NCBI GenBank assembly: GCA_048362915.1
Contig: DBFPAR010000021.1
Coordinates: forward strand, 127,484-191,483
Direction of reading: 5' to 3'
Source of the DNA: Collinsella sp.
GTDB taxonomy: Bacteria; Actinomycetota; Coriobacteriia; Coriobacteriales; Coriobacteriaceae
DNA: 64,000 nt
A program made the translations under genes and the position numbers. Positions within the stretch are counted from its first letter, which is position 1. Every line of letters begins with the position of its first letter. This document shows, piece by piece, positions 46,084 to 54,754 of this stretch. A model generated the notes under the pieces. It was not told the origin of the DNA, made no database searches, and saw only the letters and a list, made by a program, of their open reading frames with translations.

Positions 46084-48761
46084 TCTTTCTCGACCGCGCG
46101 CATGATCGCCTTGTAGATCTCCATCAGCGGGATGATCAGGAAGGCTAGACCCAGCGCGGCAAGAACGCCCTTGAGCTCAAGCGTCACGGGGCCAAAGAAC
46201 ATCTCGGCAAGCGTCGGCTGAACGGTCACGATAACCGTCAGTACCAGCGCCAGCGCGGCGGAAGCCCACAGCCACTTGTTCTGCTTCTTCATGGTGAACA
46301 GCGACGCACGACGGCTGCGCATATTGAAGCAGTGGAAAATCTCGACCATGTTGAGCGTGATGAACGCCATCATCACGCCTTCCTCGTCGGCATTGCCGGC
46401 GATCATATCGTTGATGTGGATGTAGCCCATGTCAAAGTACACGCCCACAAAGAAGCTCGCCAGCACCAGCGCGGTGATGATCAGGCCCTGGACCACGCAG
46501 TCCAGGCCCATATTGCCGGCAAAGACGCCGTCCTTGGCGTTGCGCGGCTTGCGCTTCATGATGTCGCCCTCGGCATCCTCCATGCCCAGCGCGAGCGCGG
46601 GGAAACAGTCGGTGACCAGGTTCACCCACAGCAGCTGCACCGGCTGGAAGATGGTAAAGCCAATGAGCGTGGCGATGAACACCGAGAACACCTCGGCAAG
46701 ATTGGCCGAAAGCAGGAACTGGATGACCTTGCGGATGTTGTCGTAGATGCGACGGCCCTCTTCGCAGGCACCGATGATGGTGGCGAAGTTGTCATCGGCA
46801 AGCACCATGTCGGCGACGTTCTTGGTGACGTCGGTACCGGTGATGCCCATGCCAACGCCGATGTCGGCGCGCTTGATGGACGGGGCGTCGTTGACGCCGT
46901 CGCCCGTCATGGCCACGATCTGGTCGCGCGACTTCCAAGCCTCGACGATGCGTGTCTTGTGCTCGGGCTGGACGCGGGCGTACACGCCGTAGTCCTCGAT
47001 GTGCGCGTCGAGCTCCTCGTCGCTCATGCGGTCGAGGTCGGCGCCCGTGATGGCCTGACCGCGATCGGTGACGATGCCCAGCTGCTTGGCGATGGCCACG
47101 GCGGTGTCGATGTGGTCGCCCGTGATCATGACGGTGCGGATACCGGCGTCGTGGGCCTCGCGGATGGCGTCGGCGACCTCGGGGCGGACCGGGTCAATCA
47201 TGCCGGACAGGCCGCAGAAGACCAGGTCATGCTCGAGCGCGGCGGGGCTGCAATCGCCCGGGACCTCGGTGTAGGTGCGGCTTGCCAGCGCCAGTACGCG
47301 CAGGGCCTCGTCGGCCATGGCCTTGTTAGCGGCCACGAGCTCGGCGCGACGCTCCTCGGTCAGCGGAACGACCTTGTCGCCCTCGTAGATATGGGTGCAC
47401 AGGCCGATCACCACGTCGGGCGCGCCCTTGGTGTACTGCTCATACTCGCCGTCCAGGGTCTCGACGACCACGGACATCATCTTGCGACCAGAGTCGAACG
47501 GGGCCTCACCCACACGCGGATGCTCGGCAGTCAGGCCAGTGAGACCAGCCTTGCCGGCATCGTTGACGAGCGCGCACTCGGTCGGCTCGCCCACGGCCTC
47601 GCCCAGCTCCTCGTCCCACTGGGCGTCGGAGCACAGCGCCATGCCGGCCAGGAACTTCTCCTTAGGCGCAGCGAGCTCGTGCTTGACGACGGTCATCTTG
47701 TTTTGGGTGAGGGTACCGGTCTTGTCGGAGCAGATGGTCTGCGTGCAGCCAAGGGTCTCGACGGCAGAGAGCTTGCGGATAATCGCCTGGCGCTTGGCCA
47801 TCTTGGTCACGCCAAGCGACAGCACGATAGTCACGACGGCAACTAGGCCCTCGGGGATGGCGGCGACGGCAAGCGAGACAGCGACCATAAAGGTATCGAG
47901 CAGGGCGGTCGGATCGGTAAGGACGTTGCCCACGCCGTGGCGGATGATGTCGACGCCAAAGATGACGACGCAGATGACGATAACCATGATGGTGAGGATG
48001 CGGCTGAGCTCGGCGAGCTTCACCTGCAGCGGCGTGAGCTCTTCCTTGGCCTCGGCCAGGGCGCCGGCGATCTTGCCCATCTCGGTGTTCATACCGGTGC
48101 CGACCACGACGGCGCGACCGCGGCCGTATACCACGGTGGAACCCATGTAGCACATGTTCTTGCGGTCGCCGAGCGGCACGTCGTCGGTGCCGGCGGCGAG
48201 CTCAATGACGTTGGCATGCTTCTCGACGGGCACAGACTCGCCGGTAAGGGCGGCCTCCTCGATCTTCATCGTGGCGCTCTCGAGCACGCGGCAGTCGGCC
48301 GGGACGGAGTCGCCCGCCTCGAGCATGATCACGTCACCGGGCACGAGCTCGGCGCTCGGCAGGTGCACGAGCTTGCCGTCGCGCAGCACCTTGGACTGCG
48401 CCGCGCTCATCTCCTGCAGGGCCTCGAGGGCCTCCTCGCTTTTAGCCTCCTGGACCACGCCCAGCACCGAGTTGACGATAACGACGAACATGATGATGGC
48501 GACGTCGGCAAAGTCGGGCTCGCCCTTGACCATACCCGTGAGCGCGCTGATAACGGCGGCAACGATCAGCATGATGACCATGGGGTCGGCCATCTGCTCA
48601 AAGAAACGCTTCCACAGCGGCGTTTTCTCGGCTTCCTCGAGCTTGTTAGGGCCTGTCTTGGCGAGGCGCGACGACGCCTCGTCGTTGCTCAGGCCGAGGT
48701 TCTCATCGACGCCCTGGTCGCTGAGAACCTCCGCCGCGGCGGACAGGTATTCCTTTTGCAT
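46080..48761 (-). CDS. Cation-transporting P-type ATPase (P2A, Ca2+-type)
   Basis: LTGES, IPEGL, CSDKTGTLT, MITGD, TGDGVNDAP, WVNLVTD. Confidence 0.96.
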   Translation of the reverse strand: MQKEYLSAAAEVLSDQGVDENLGLSNDEASSRLAKTGPNKLEEAEKTPLWKRFFEQMADPMVIMLIVAAVISALTGMVKGEPDFADVAIIMFVVIVNSVLGVVQEAKSEEALEALQEMSAAQSKVLRDGKLVHLPSAELVPGDVIMLEAGDSVPADCRVLESATMKIEEAALTGESVPVEKHANVIELAAGTDDVPLGDRKNMCYMGSTVVYGRGRAVVVGTGMNTEMGKIAGALAEAKEELTPLQVKLAELSRILTIMVIVICVVIFGVDIIRHGVGNVLTDPTALLDTFMVAVSLAVAAIPEGLVAVVTIVLSLGVTKMAKRQAIIRKLSAVETLGCTQTICSDKTGTLTQNKMTVVKHELAAPKEKFLAGMALCSDAQWDEELGEAVGEPTECALVNDAGKAGLTGLTAEHPRVGEAPFDSGRKMMSVVVETLDGEYEQYTKGAPDVVIGLCTHIYEGDKVVPLTEERRAELVAANKAMADEALRVLALASRTYTEVPGDCSPAALEHDLVFCGLSGMIDPVRPEVADAIREAHDAGIRTVMITGDHIDTAVAIAKQLGIVTDRGQAITGADLDRMSDEELDAHIEDYGVYARVQPEHKTRIVEAWKSRDQIVAMTGDGVNDAPSIKRADIGVGMGITGTDVTKNVADMVLADDNFATIIGACEEGRRIYDNIRKVIQFLLSANLAEVFSVFIATLIGFTIFQPVQLLWVNLVTDCFPALALGMEDAEGDIMKRKPRNAKDGVFAGNMGLDCVVQGLIITALVLASFFVGVYFDMGYIHINDMIAGNADEEGVMMAFITLNMVEIFHCFNMRSRRASLFTMKKQNKWLWASAALALVLTVIVTVQPTLAEMFFGPVTLELKGVLAALGLAFLIIPLMEIYKAIMRAVEKE

Positions 48762-48764
48762 ATA

Positions 48765-48875
48765 GAGTCCCCTCCTGGGATTCGGGCCACTCAGCAGATT
48801 GATGCCCGATCATAATTCCCAGGAGAAGGGCAAGGGCTCATCAAGGCTGCCGTGCTGAGCGGCAGTTGATAGTGG
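48765..48875 (-). promoter_or_regulatory. Candidate cis-regulatory RNA leader (two hairpins with complementary loops, RBS sequestered)
   Basis: Loop CTCAGCA vs loop TGCTGAG; stem CTCCTGGGA/TCCCAGGAG covers the RBS. Confidence 0.55.
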
Positions 48876-49202
48876 AGCTATGGTACCCCAAAGCAGCGCG
48901 TCTAGCCAAAACATTCCAATTGGAAACACGGCTCGAGTGCAACGATGCAGACCGTGTGATGCTCAATATTGATAAAACGTTTTTTCTTCGGCACATCGTC
49001 AAACTGAAATATCGCCCAGATAGCAGCGGTCAGAACGGTTGGTAAAGTTTTTGCATATACCGTTTTTCCGCAAAAAATGAACTTCTAATTCGGCATACGG
49101 TCGATTTTTTGGGGTATTCGGTCGCCATTTCGTTATAATCATCTCAGTTTTATTTCTTATGGTTTATCTATCAGCGCAAGACGATGTCAGATGGAGGTCT
49201 GA

Positions 49203-50663
49203 ATGTACAAGCGCACCAAGATTGTATGCACCATGGGTCCCGCCTGCGATAGCGACGAGACCATCCGCGAGATGATCAAGGCGGGCATGAACGTCGCCCG
49301 TTTTAACTTCTCGCACGGATCCTACGACGAGCACCACGGTCGCATCGAGCGCGTCCGTCGTATTTCCAAGGAGCTCGGTCTGCCCGTCGGCATCCTGCTC
49401 GACACCAAGGGCCCCGAGGTCCGCACCGGCCTTCTGGTCGATGGCAAGAAGGTTGCCGTCAAGACCGGCGATAAGATCGTCGTCACCGCTCAGCCCACGT
49501 CCGAGGATTTCCACGGCACCTCTGAGCATATCTCCCTCGACTACCTGGCTCTGCCCTCCGAGGTCGAGAAGGGCTCCCTCATCCTGATCGATGACGGCCT
49601 GGTCGCCCTCGAGGTCGAGTCCGTCGACGGCCAGGACATGACCTGCGTCGTCAAGAACGACGGCCTGATCGGCGAGCGCAAGGGCGTCAACATGCCCAAC
49701 GTCAACATCTCGCTGCCCGCCATCACCGAGCGCGATCGTCAGGACATCCTCTTTGGCCTGACCGAGAACATCGACTACATCGCCGCTTCCTTCATCCGTG
49801 ACGGCGAATCCGTCCGCGGCATCCGCGAGCTTTGCCGCGAGAACGGCGGCGAGCACGTGACGATCTTCCCGAAGATCGAGTGCGCCCTGGGCGTCGAGAA
49901 CTTCGACGAGATCCTCGAGGCTTCCGACGGCATCATGGTCGCCCGTGGCGACCTGGGCATCGAGATCAAGCCCGAGCTCGTTCCGCACATCCAGAAGGAG
50001 ATCATCGCTAAGTGCAACGCGGCCTACAAGCCCGTTATCACCGCTACGCAGATGCTCGACTCCATGCAGCAGAACCCGCGCCCGACGCGCGCCGAGGTTG
50101 CCGACGTTGCTAACGCCATCTACGACGGCACCGACGCCGTTATGCTCTCTGGCGAGTCCGCTGCCGGTAAGTACCCGGTCGAGGCCGTCAAGATGCAGGC
50201 CAGCATCGCTCTCGAGACCGAGAAATACCTCCCGGCCCACGCTCCGCTCGAGGTTCCGGCCGACGCTCATGGCACCCGCGTTGTCAACAACGTTGTGGGT
50301 ATGTCCGCTGTGAACATGGCTACCACCGTTGGCGCCAAGTGCATCACCGTGCCGACGACCACCGGTCGTACCGCTCGCCTGATCTCGCACTTCCGTCCCA
50401 ACATGCCGATTTGCGCGTTCTCCCGCCACGAGTGGGCCGTCCAGCAGATGATTATGTACTGGGGCGTTATCCCGCACCAGGCCGAGATTACCCAGGGCAC
50501 CGTCAACGGCACGATCGTCAAGGCGATCGAGACCGCTAAGGAGCTCGGCTACGTCGAAGCTGGCGATCTGACCGTCGCTACCGCCGGCGATCCCCGCATG
50601 AGCGTCCAGCTCGAGGACAAGGTCTCCTCGACCAACGTCGCTTACGTCGCTCAGGTGCGCTAA
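49203..50663 (+). CDS. pyk: Pyruvate kinase
   Basis: TKIVCTMGP, NFSHG, DTKGPE, MVARGDLG, ATQMLDSM, MLSGESA. Confidence 0.98.
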   Translation: MYKRTKIVCTMGPACDSDETIREMIKAGMNVARFNFSHGSYDEHHGRIERVRRISKELGLPVGILLDTKGPEVRTGLLVDGKKVAVKTGDKIVVTAQPTSEDFHGTSEHISLDYLALPSEVEKGSLILIDDGLVALEVESVDGQDMTCVVKNDGLIGERKGVNMPNVNISLPAITERDRQDILFGLTENIDYIAASFIRDGESVRGIRELCRENGGEHVTIFPKIECALGVENFDEILEASDGIMVARGDLGIEIKPELVPHIQKEIIAKCNAAYKPVITATQMLDSMQQNPRPTRAEVADVANAIYDGTDAVMLSGESAAGKYPVEAVKMQASIALETEKYLPAHAPLEVPADAHGTRVVNNVVGMSAVNMATTVGAKCITVPTTTGRTARLISHFRPNMPICAFSRHEWAVQQMIMYWGVIPHQAEITQGTVNGTIVKAIETAKELGYVEAGDLTVATAGDPRMSVQLEDKVSSTNVAYVAQVR

Positions 50664-50695
50664 AACGCACTTGCAAGCATACTTGCATTGCAAAG

Positions 50696-50727
50696 GGCCC
50701 GGAAGGCATTGCCTTCCGGGCTTTTTT
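50696..50727 (+). terminator. Terminator of pyk
   Basis: GCCCGGAAGGCA/TGCCTTCCGGGC followed by a T-run. Confidence 0.85.
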
Positions 50728-50863
50728 AAGACCTTCTTCATATGCCGCCTCATCGATTTGCGTTCAGTCGCAAGCCTCTCCGATGCCGAGCGCACCACCG
50801 AAGACGCCTGCGACGGGAGCCGTTGGTCAATTGGGATGAACTGTTCACCGTCAAGCCGGCCGG

Positions 50864-51712
50864 CTAGCAGCTAGCGATCAGGGGGACTGCGGGGACGTCA
50901 GAAGCGGCAACGCGAGCCGCAAAGCCCGCCTCGGTCAGCTCGATGACCTCGGTAAACGTTGCGTCGAAGAATTTCTCGGTCAGCAGGCGGTATGGCGGAT
51001 GGTCGGGCTCGCCGGGGTTTTCGCGCACGATCTCGTGCATAACGCCGATGGTCTTGAGCACATACTCCTTATGGATGGGATACTGCCCAAAACGCGTCGC
51101 CGCAGTATACAGGCGATCGGTCGCGCGCGGAATCGAAACAATGCCGAGCGTCTTGCCGAACCAGTCAAAGTCGCCTTGCTTTTTAATGCGGAACTCCTCG
51201 CACGGCTTGCCGCCGTGCGCCTCCAGGTACTGATTCACGCGCGTATTCCATACGGTATCGGCCACCAGATGTGACCAGACGCCCAACGTTAAATCGAGCA
51301 GCGACTGCGCCACGTCCTCGGACGCAAGCGAGAACTCACGAGCGCCGGGACCGACAACCGGCTCGGCATCCTTGTAGCGCTGGGGATAGTGCACGCGGTT
51401 CAGCCGCTCGCGTTCCTCGATAATCGAGGTCGCCGCGGCCGGCGCACCGGTGGGCGAACTTTTAAGCAACGGTGCCACATAGGTATCCCAGAACTCATGC
51501 TCACGAGGCTTAGGGATGGGCTCAGGCTTGGCAAAGTGCGTAATGCGGTACGGGATGGGATCGGCGATGCCAGGGACCATATAGCCCACGAAGATATCCG
51601 GAACCACGCAGCCAAACAAAAAGGCATTGCGGTCGCGCACGCTATTGGCAAGCGCACCGGTGCGCTCCAGCAAACGCTCCGTCTGAGCGATATGAATGTT
51701 CCAGCTTGGCAT
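50864..51712 (-). CDS. Zinc-dependent phospholipase C/P1-nuclease-like protein
   Basis: N-terminal MPSWNIH, G..PD, THF, SHLVAD pattern. Confidence 0.55.
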   Translation of the reverse strand: MPSWNIHIAQTERLLERTGALANSVRDRNAFLFGCVVPDIFVGYMVPGIADPIPYRITHFAKPEPIPKPREHEFWDTYVAPLLKSSPTGAPAAATSIIEERERLNRVHYPQRYKDAEPVVGPGAREFSLASEDVAQSLLDLTLGVWSHLVADTVWNTRVNQYLEAHGGKPCEEFRIKKQGDFDWFGKTLGIVSIPRATDRLYTAATRFGQYPIHKEYVLKTIGVMHEIVRENPGEPDHPPYRLLTEKFFDATFTEVIELTEAGFAARVAASDVPAVPLIASC

Positions 51713-51791
51713 AGCCACCCCCATAAAAACCTGGATAACTATACCATCACGGCAAAGCCACGCGGGCGGCTACGCACGCTCTACGCAGCAA

Positions 51792-52586
51792 CTAGTCCGT
51801 AGCACCGCTTTCGGTTCCATACGACGGAGAAGGCGCCTCGACCACATGGTGATATCGATCGATATAGATAGCGCGGGCACCCAGGCGTCGCACCAAATCC
51901 TGGTGATGCGTGCTCATCAAGACCGTCTTACCCGCCGCTACGTAGGCCAGCAAGAAGTTGACCACGATATCGCATGAATCCTCGTCGAGCCCATTGGTAG
52001 GCTCGTCGAGGACCAAGATATCCGGGTTCATCGACACCACCGCAGCCAGCGCAACGCGCTTCTTTTGCCCGCCCGAGAGCTGATAGGGAGAGGCGTCGGC
52101 AAGGTCGGCAACCTGGAACAGTCCCATGGCATCGCGCACGCGACGCTCGAGCTCGTCTGCCGGCAGCCCCATCTGCGCGGGACCAAAAGCAACTTCCTCG
52201 CCCGCCGTAGCGCAGAACAGCTGGGCGTCGGCATTCTGGAACACAAAGCCCACGCGCTGATGAAAACGCTGAGCGGCCGCGGAATCCTTTAGAAACGCCG
52301 CATCGATCACATGCCCGTCAAACAGGTATACCCCTGCGTCCGGGAGTTCAAGGCCGTTGATAAGGCGCATAATCGTCGTCTTGCCGCAGCCGTTGGGACC
52401 GAGCAGGGCAACGAGTTCACCACGATCGACCTGCAGCGACACACCATCGACAACCGTATGCTCCGCATAGGAGAACACCACGTCGCGCAGCTCAATGAGC
52501 GGCGCAACCTCGGCGCCACCCGCACCGTTCGTGCCCGCCGCACTATTCATATCGATCGTCAAAACGTCGCCCTTCCCTATTTGCAT
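51792..52586 (-). CDS. ECF transporter ATPase (NikO/CbiO)
   Basis: GPNGCGKTT, FQNADAQLF, LSGGQKKRVA, LDEPT. Confidence 0.92.
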   Translation of the reverse strand: MQIGKGDVLTIDMNSAAGTNGAGGAEVAPLIELRDVVFSYAEHTVVDGVSLQVDRGELVALLGPNGCGKTTIMRLINGLELPDAGVYLFDGHVIDAAFLKDSAAAQRFHQRVGFVFQNADAQLFCATAGEEVAFGPAQMGLPADELERRVRDAMGLFQVADLADASPYQLSGGQKKRVALAAVVSMNPDILVLDEPTNGLDEDSCDIVVNFLLAYVAAGKTVLMSTHHQDLVRRLGARAIYIDRYHHVVEAPSPSYGTESGATD

Positions 52587-52608
52587 CCCCAGCCGGAACC
52601 AGCAGCGC

Positions 52609-53445
52609 CTACAGCACCGCGCATAACACTGCCAGCAGCGCCACGCCGGCCGCGTAAACGGCATCGCGCCAGCCAAAGCCGCTCCGCGCGGGAGCCGGAT
52701 ACGCACCGGCAAAGCCGCGGCAGAGCATGGCCTCGTCCATCGCGCGGCTGCATTCCATCGCCTTGATAAAGGTCATGCCCATGATACCCGCGATCGAATC
52801 GGTACGCGAAAATCCCTCGGGCGCACGGCCAACGCTGCGCAGCATGACCGATTCGCACAGATCGTGCGCCGTACGACCCAGCACCTCGATGTGCTTGAGC
52901 GCCATATCAAACGTAAAGATAACTTCGTCGGGTAGATGCAGCATCTTGAGCGCCGCCGACATGCGGCTCCACGTGAGGGTCCACGAAACGCCCAGCACCA
53001 GCGACACATTAATGAAGGTCTTGAGCGCAATCTTGAGCATGGCGCCCGTAGCGTAAGCACCCAGCAGCAGGGCAGGCAGCGCCAAAACCACTGCGAGCCC
53101 CGCGGCGCCAAGCGCCGGCACAAAGGTCGCGCGCAGCCCGCGTACGGGACGCACGGCAACGAGCACCAGCGCAATGGCCGCCATCAACATGAGGTACAGC
53201 GGGCTTTGTGTCAGGCACACGCACAGGACGCAAACGAATATCCCCACCAGGCGCACCGGAGCCGAAACGCAAGAAAGGGCGCGGTCGACCATCGACCCGC
53301 CCTCGTGCGCGCCTCCACCCAGGCGAACCCGCTCAAGCAGGCTCGCCAGGTGCAGGACGTTCTTTTGCATCACACGATGCCGAGCCCCCGCGGGCTCGTA
53401 TCGCTCCTCGGCCGCAAGCCAGCTAGGCAGCTCGGCTATTGCCAT
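52609..53445 (-). CDS. ECF transmembrane T component (NikQ/CbiQ)
   Basis: Hydrophobic; LRS and AMLCRGF coupling motifs. Confidence 0.85.
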   Translation of the reverse strand: MAIAELPSWLAAEERYEPAGARHRVMQKNVLHLASLLERVRLGGGAHEGGSMVDRALSCVSAPVRLVGIFVCVLCVCLTQSPLYLMLMAAIALVLVAVRPVRGLRATFVPALGAAGLAVVLALPALLLGAYATGAMLKIALKTFINVSLVLGVSWTLTWSRMSAALKMLHLPDEVIFTFDMALKHIEVLGRTAHDLCESVMLRSVGRAPEGFSRTDSIAGIMGMTFIKAMECSRAMDEAMLCRGFAGAYPAPARSGFGWRDAVYAAGVALLAVLCAVL

Positions 53446-54508
53446 GAGCACCGCTTTCCTTGACCGTCAGCGAGACCAGGCGGAATACGATGGTAAGCAC
53501 CGCCACGCCAATCACGCCCGAAAGGATATACATGGCAGCCTGGCCGGCAAAGCCAAGACCCTGCTCCTCGGAATAGGCCTGAAGATAATCGCCCGTGGGC
53601 AGTGCATCGGCAAACGTCGGAGCGTCGAGGCCGACCGAAGCCTGCAGGCTGTCGTCGCCAGCCTCCTGAACGGCGGTCGCGGCGCCCTCGGCGTCCCACT
53701 CGCCCCAGGCGTCACCGGTGGCCAGCAGGCCAAGCGGCGTGGCAACGACAAGCACGGCGACCAGAATGAGCGTGGGAACCAGCGAGGTCTTCTTGGCAGC
53801 AGCGCCCTCGGCGTCCAGCAGGCCGTCGGAAGCCTCGGGGCCGACGATAACGCTCGGCGCCGTCTTCTTAATGAAACCGTAGATGGCGGCCGTCGCCACG
53901 CCCTCAATGACACCGGCGACCAGCATATGCGGGATCAACATGGCCGGAATAGCCACAGACAACGGGAAGGGGCAGTACAGCGGAGCGCCCGAAGCATTCA
54001 TGAAGAGCATCGGCTGAATACCAAACTCGATTGCCGCGCACAGGGCCGCCAGGCACAGGCCGACCCAGCCGCTTACGATGGCCGAAATTGAGGTACCCCA
54101 GCTCTTGTCGTGCAAACGGCTGTTGAGCGCACGGAACACGATGGCCGCGGCAAACGGCAGCACGAAGGCCATGTTAAAGCAGTTGGCGCCAAAGGACAGG
54201 ATGCCGCCGTCGCCAAACAGCAGCGCCTGCAGCGCCAGCGCGACCGAGACAGCAATGGCCGCGGCCTCCGGGCCCAGCAGCAGCGCGATGAGCGCGCCGC
54301 CGACGGCGTGACCCGTGGTGCCGCCGGGCAGCGGCACGTTGAACATCATGAGCAAAAAGGAGAACGCGGCGCAGATGCCCAGAAAAGCCATGTGCTCGCG
54401 ATCGAGCGTGGCGCGCACCCTTTTGATGCAATGGACCCAAACGGGCACCATTGCCACCGCCATGACGGCATCGGTCTGCGGGGACAGATAATTATCTGGA
54501 ATGTGCAT
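53423..54508 (-). CDS. Ni/Co ECF S component NikMN/CbiMN fusion
   Basis: N-terminal MHIPDNYL, GTTGHAVG, DGGILSFGAN, AWGEW. Confidence 0.92.
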   Translation of the reverse strand: MHIPDNYLSPQTDAVMAVAMVPVWVHCIKRVRATLDREHMAFLGICAAFSFLLMMFNVPLPGGTTGHAVGGALIALLLGPEAAAIAVSVALALQALLFGDGGILSFGANCFNMAFVLPFAAAIVFRALNSRLHDKSWGTSISAIVSGWVGLCLAALCAAIEFGIQPMLFMNASGAPLYCPFPLSVAIPAMLIPHMLVAGVIEGVATAAIYGFIKKTAPSVIVGPEASDGLLDAEGAAAKKTSLVPTLILVAVLVVATPLGLLATGDAWGEWDAEGAATAVQEAGDDSLQASVGLDAPTFADALPTGDYLQAYSEEQGLGFAGQAAMYILSGVIGVAVLTIVFRLVSLTVKESGAHGNSRAA

Positions 54509-54565
54509 GTACGCCTCCCGGTTATCGGCGCACGAAATTGCAACGCCGCTTAAATCACCTTGTCA

Positions 54566-54593
54566 GTGTTACGCATTGTCAGATTCGTAACAC
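54566..54593. promoter_or_regulatory. NikR-type operator
   Basis: 28-bp palindrome GTGTTAC-N14-GTAACAC, 58 bp upstream of nikM. Confidence 0.72.
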
Positions 54594-54754
54594 GCCGCGG
54601 GCTATCATAGCAAAACGGCGCACTGCCGACAAAGCAGCACGCCGTTATGTAATGCGCGTGTCATATATGAAGGCTCAACGGTGCCTCATACCGAGCATAG
54701 CGGTCACGTAGGACTCGACGGCAGCCACCGCCGACCCATACCCCAGCGCAAGCC

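Noticed and set aside
54509..54750. Cobalamin riboswitch before cbiM
   Set aside because: No B12-box or conserved GGGAA elements seen; a NikR-type palindrome is present instead
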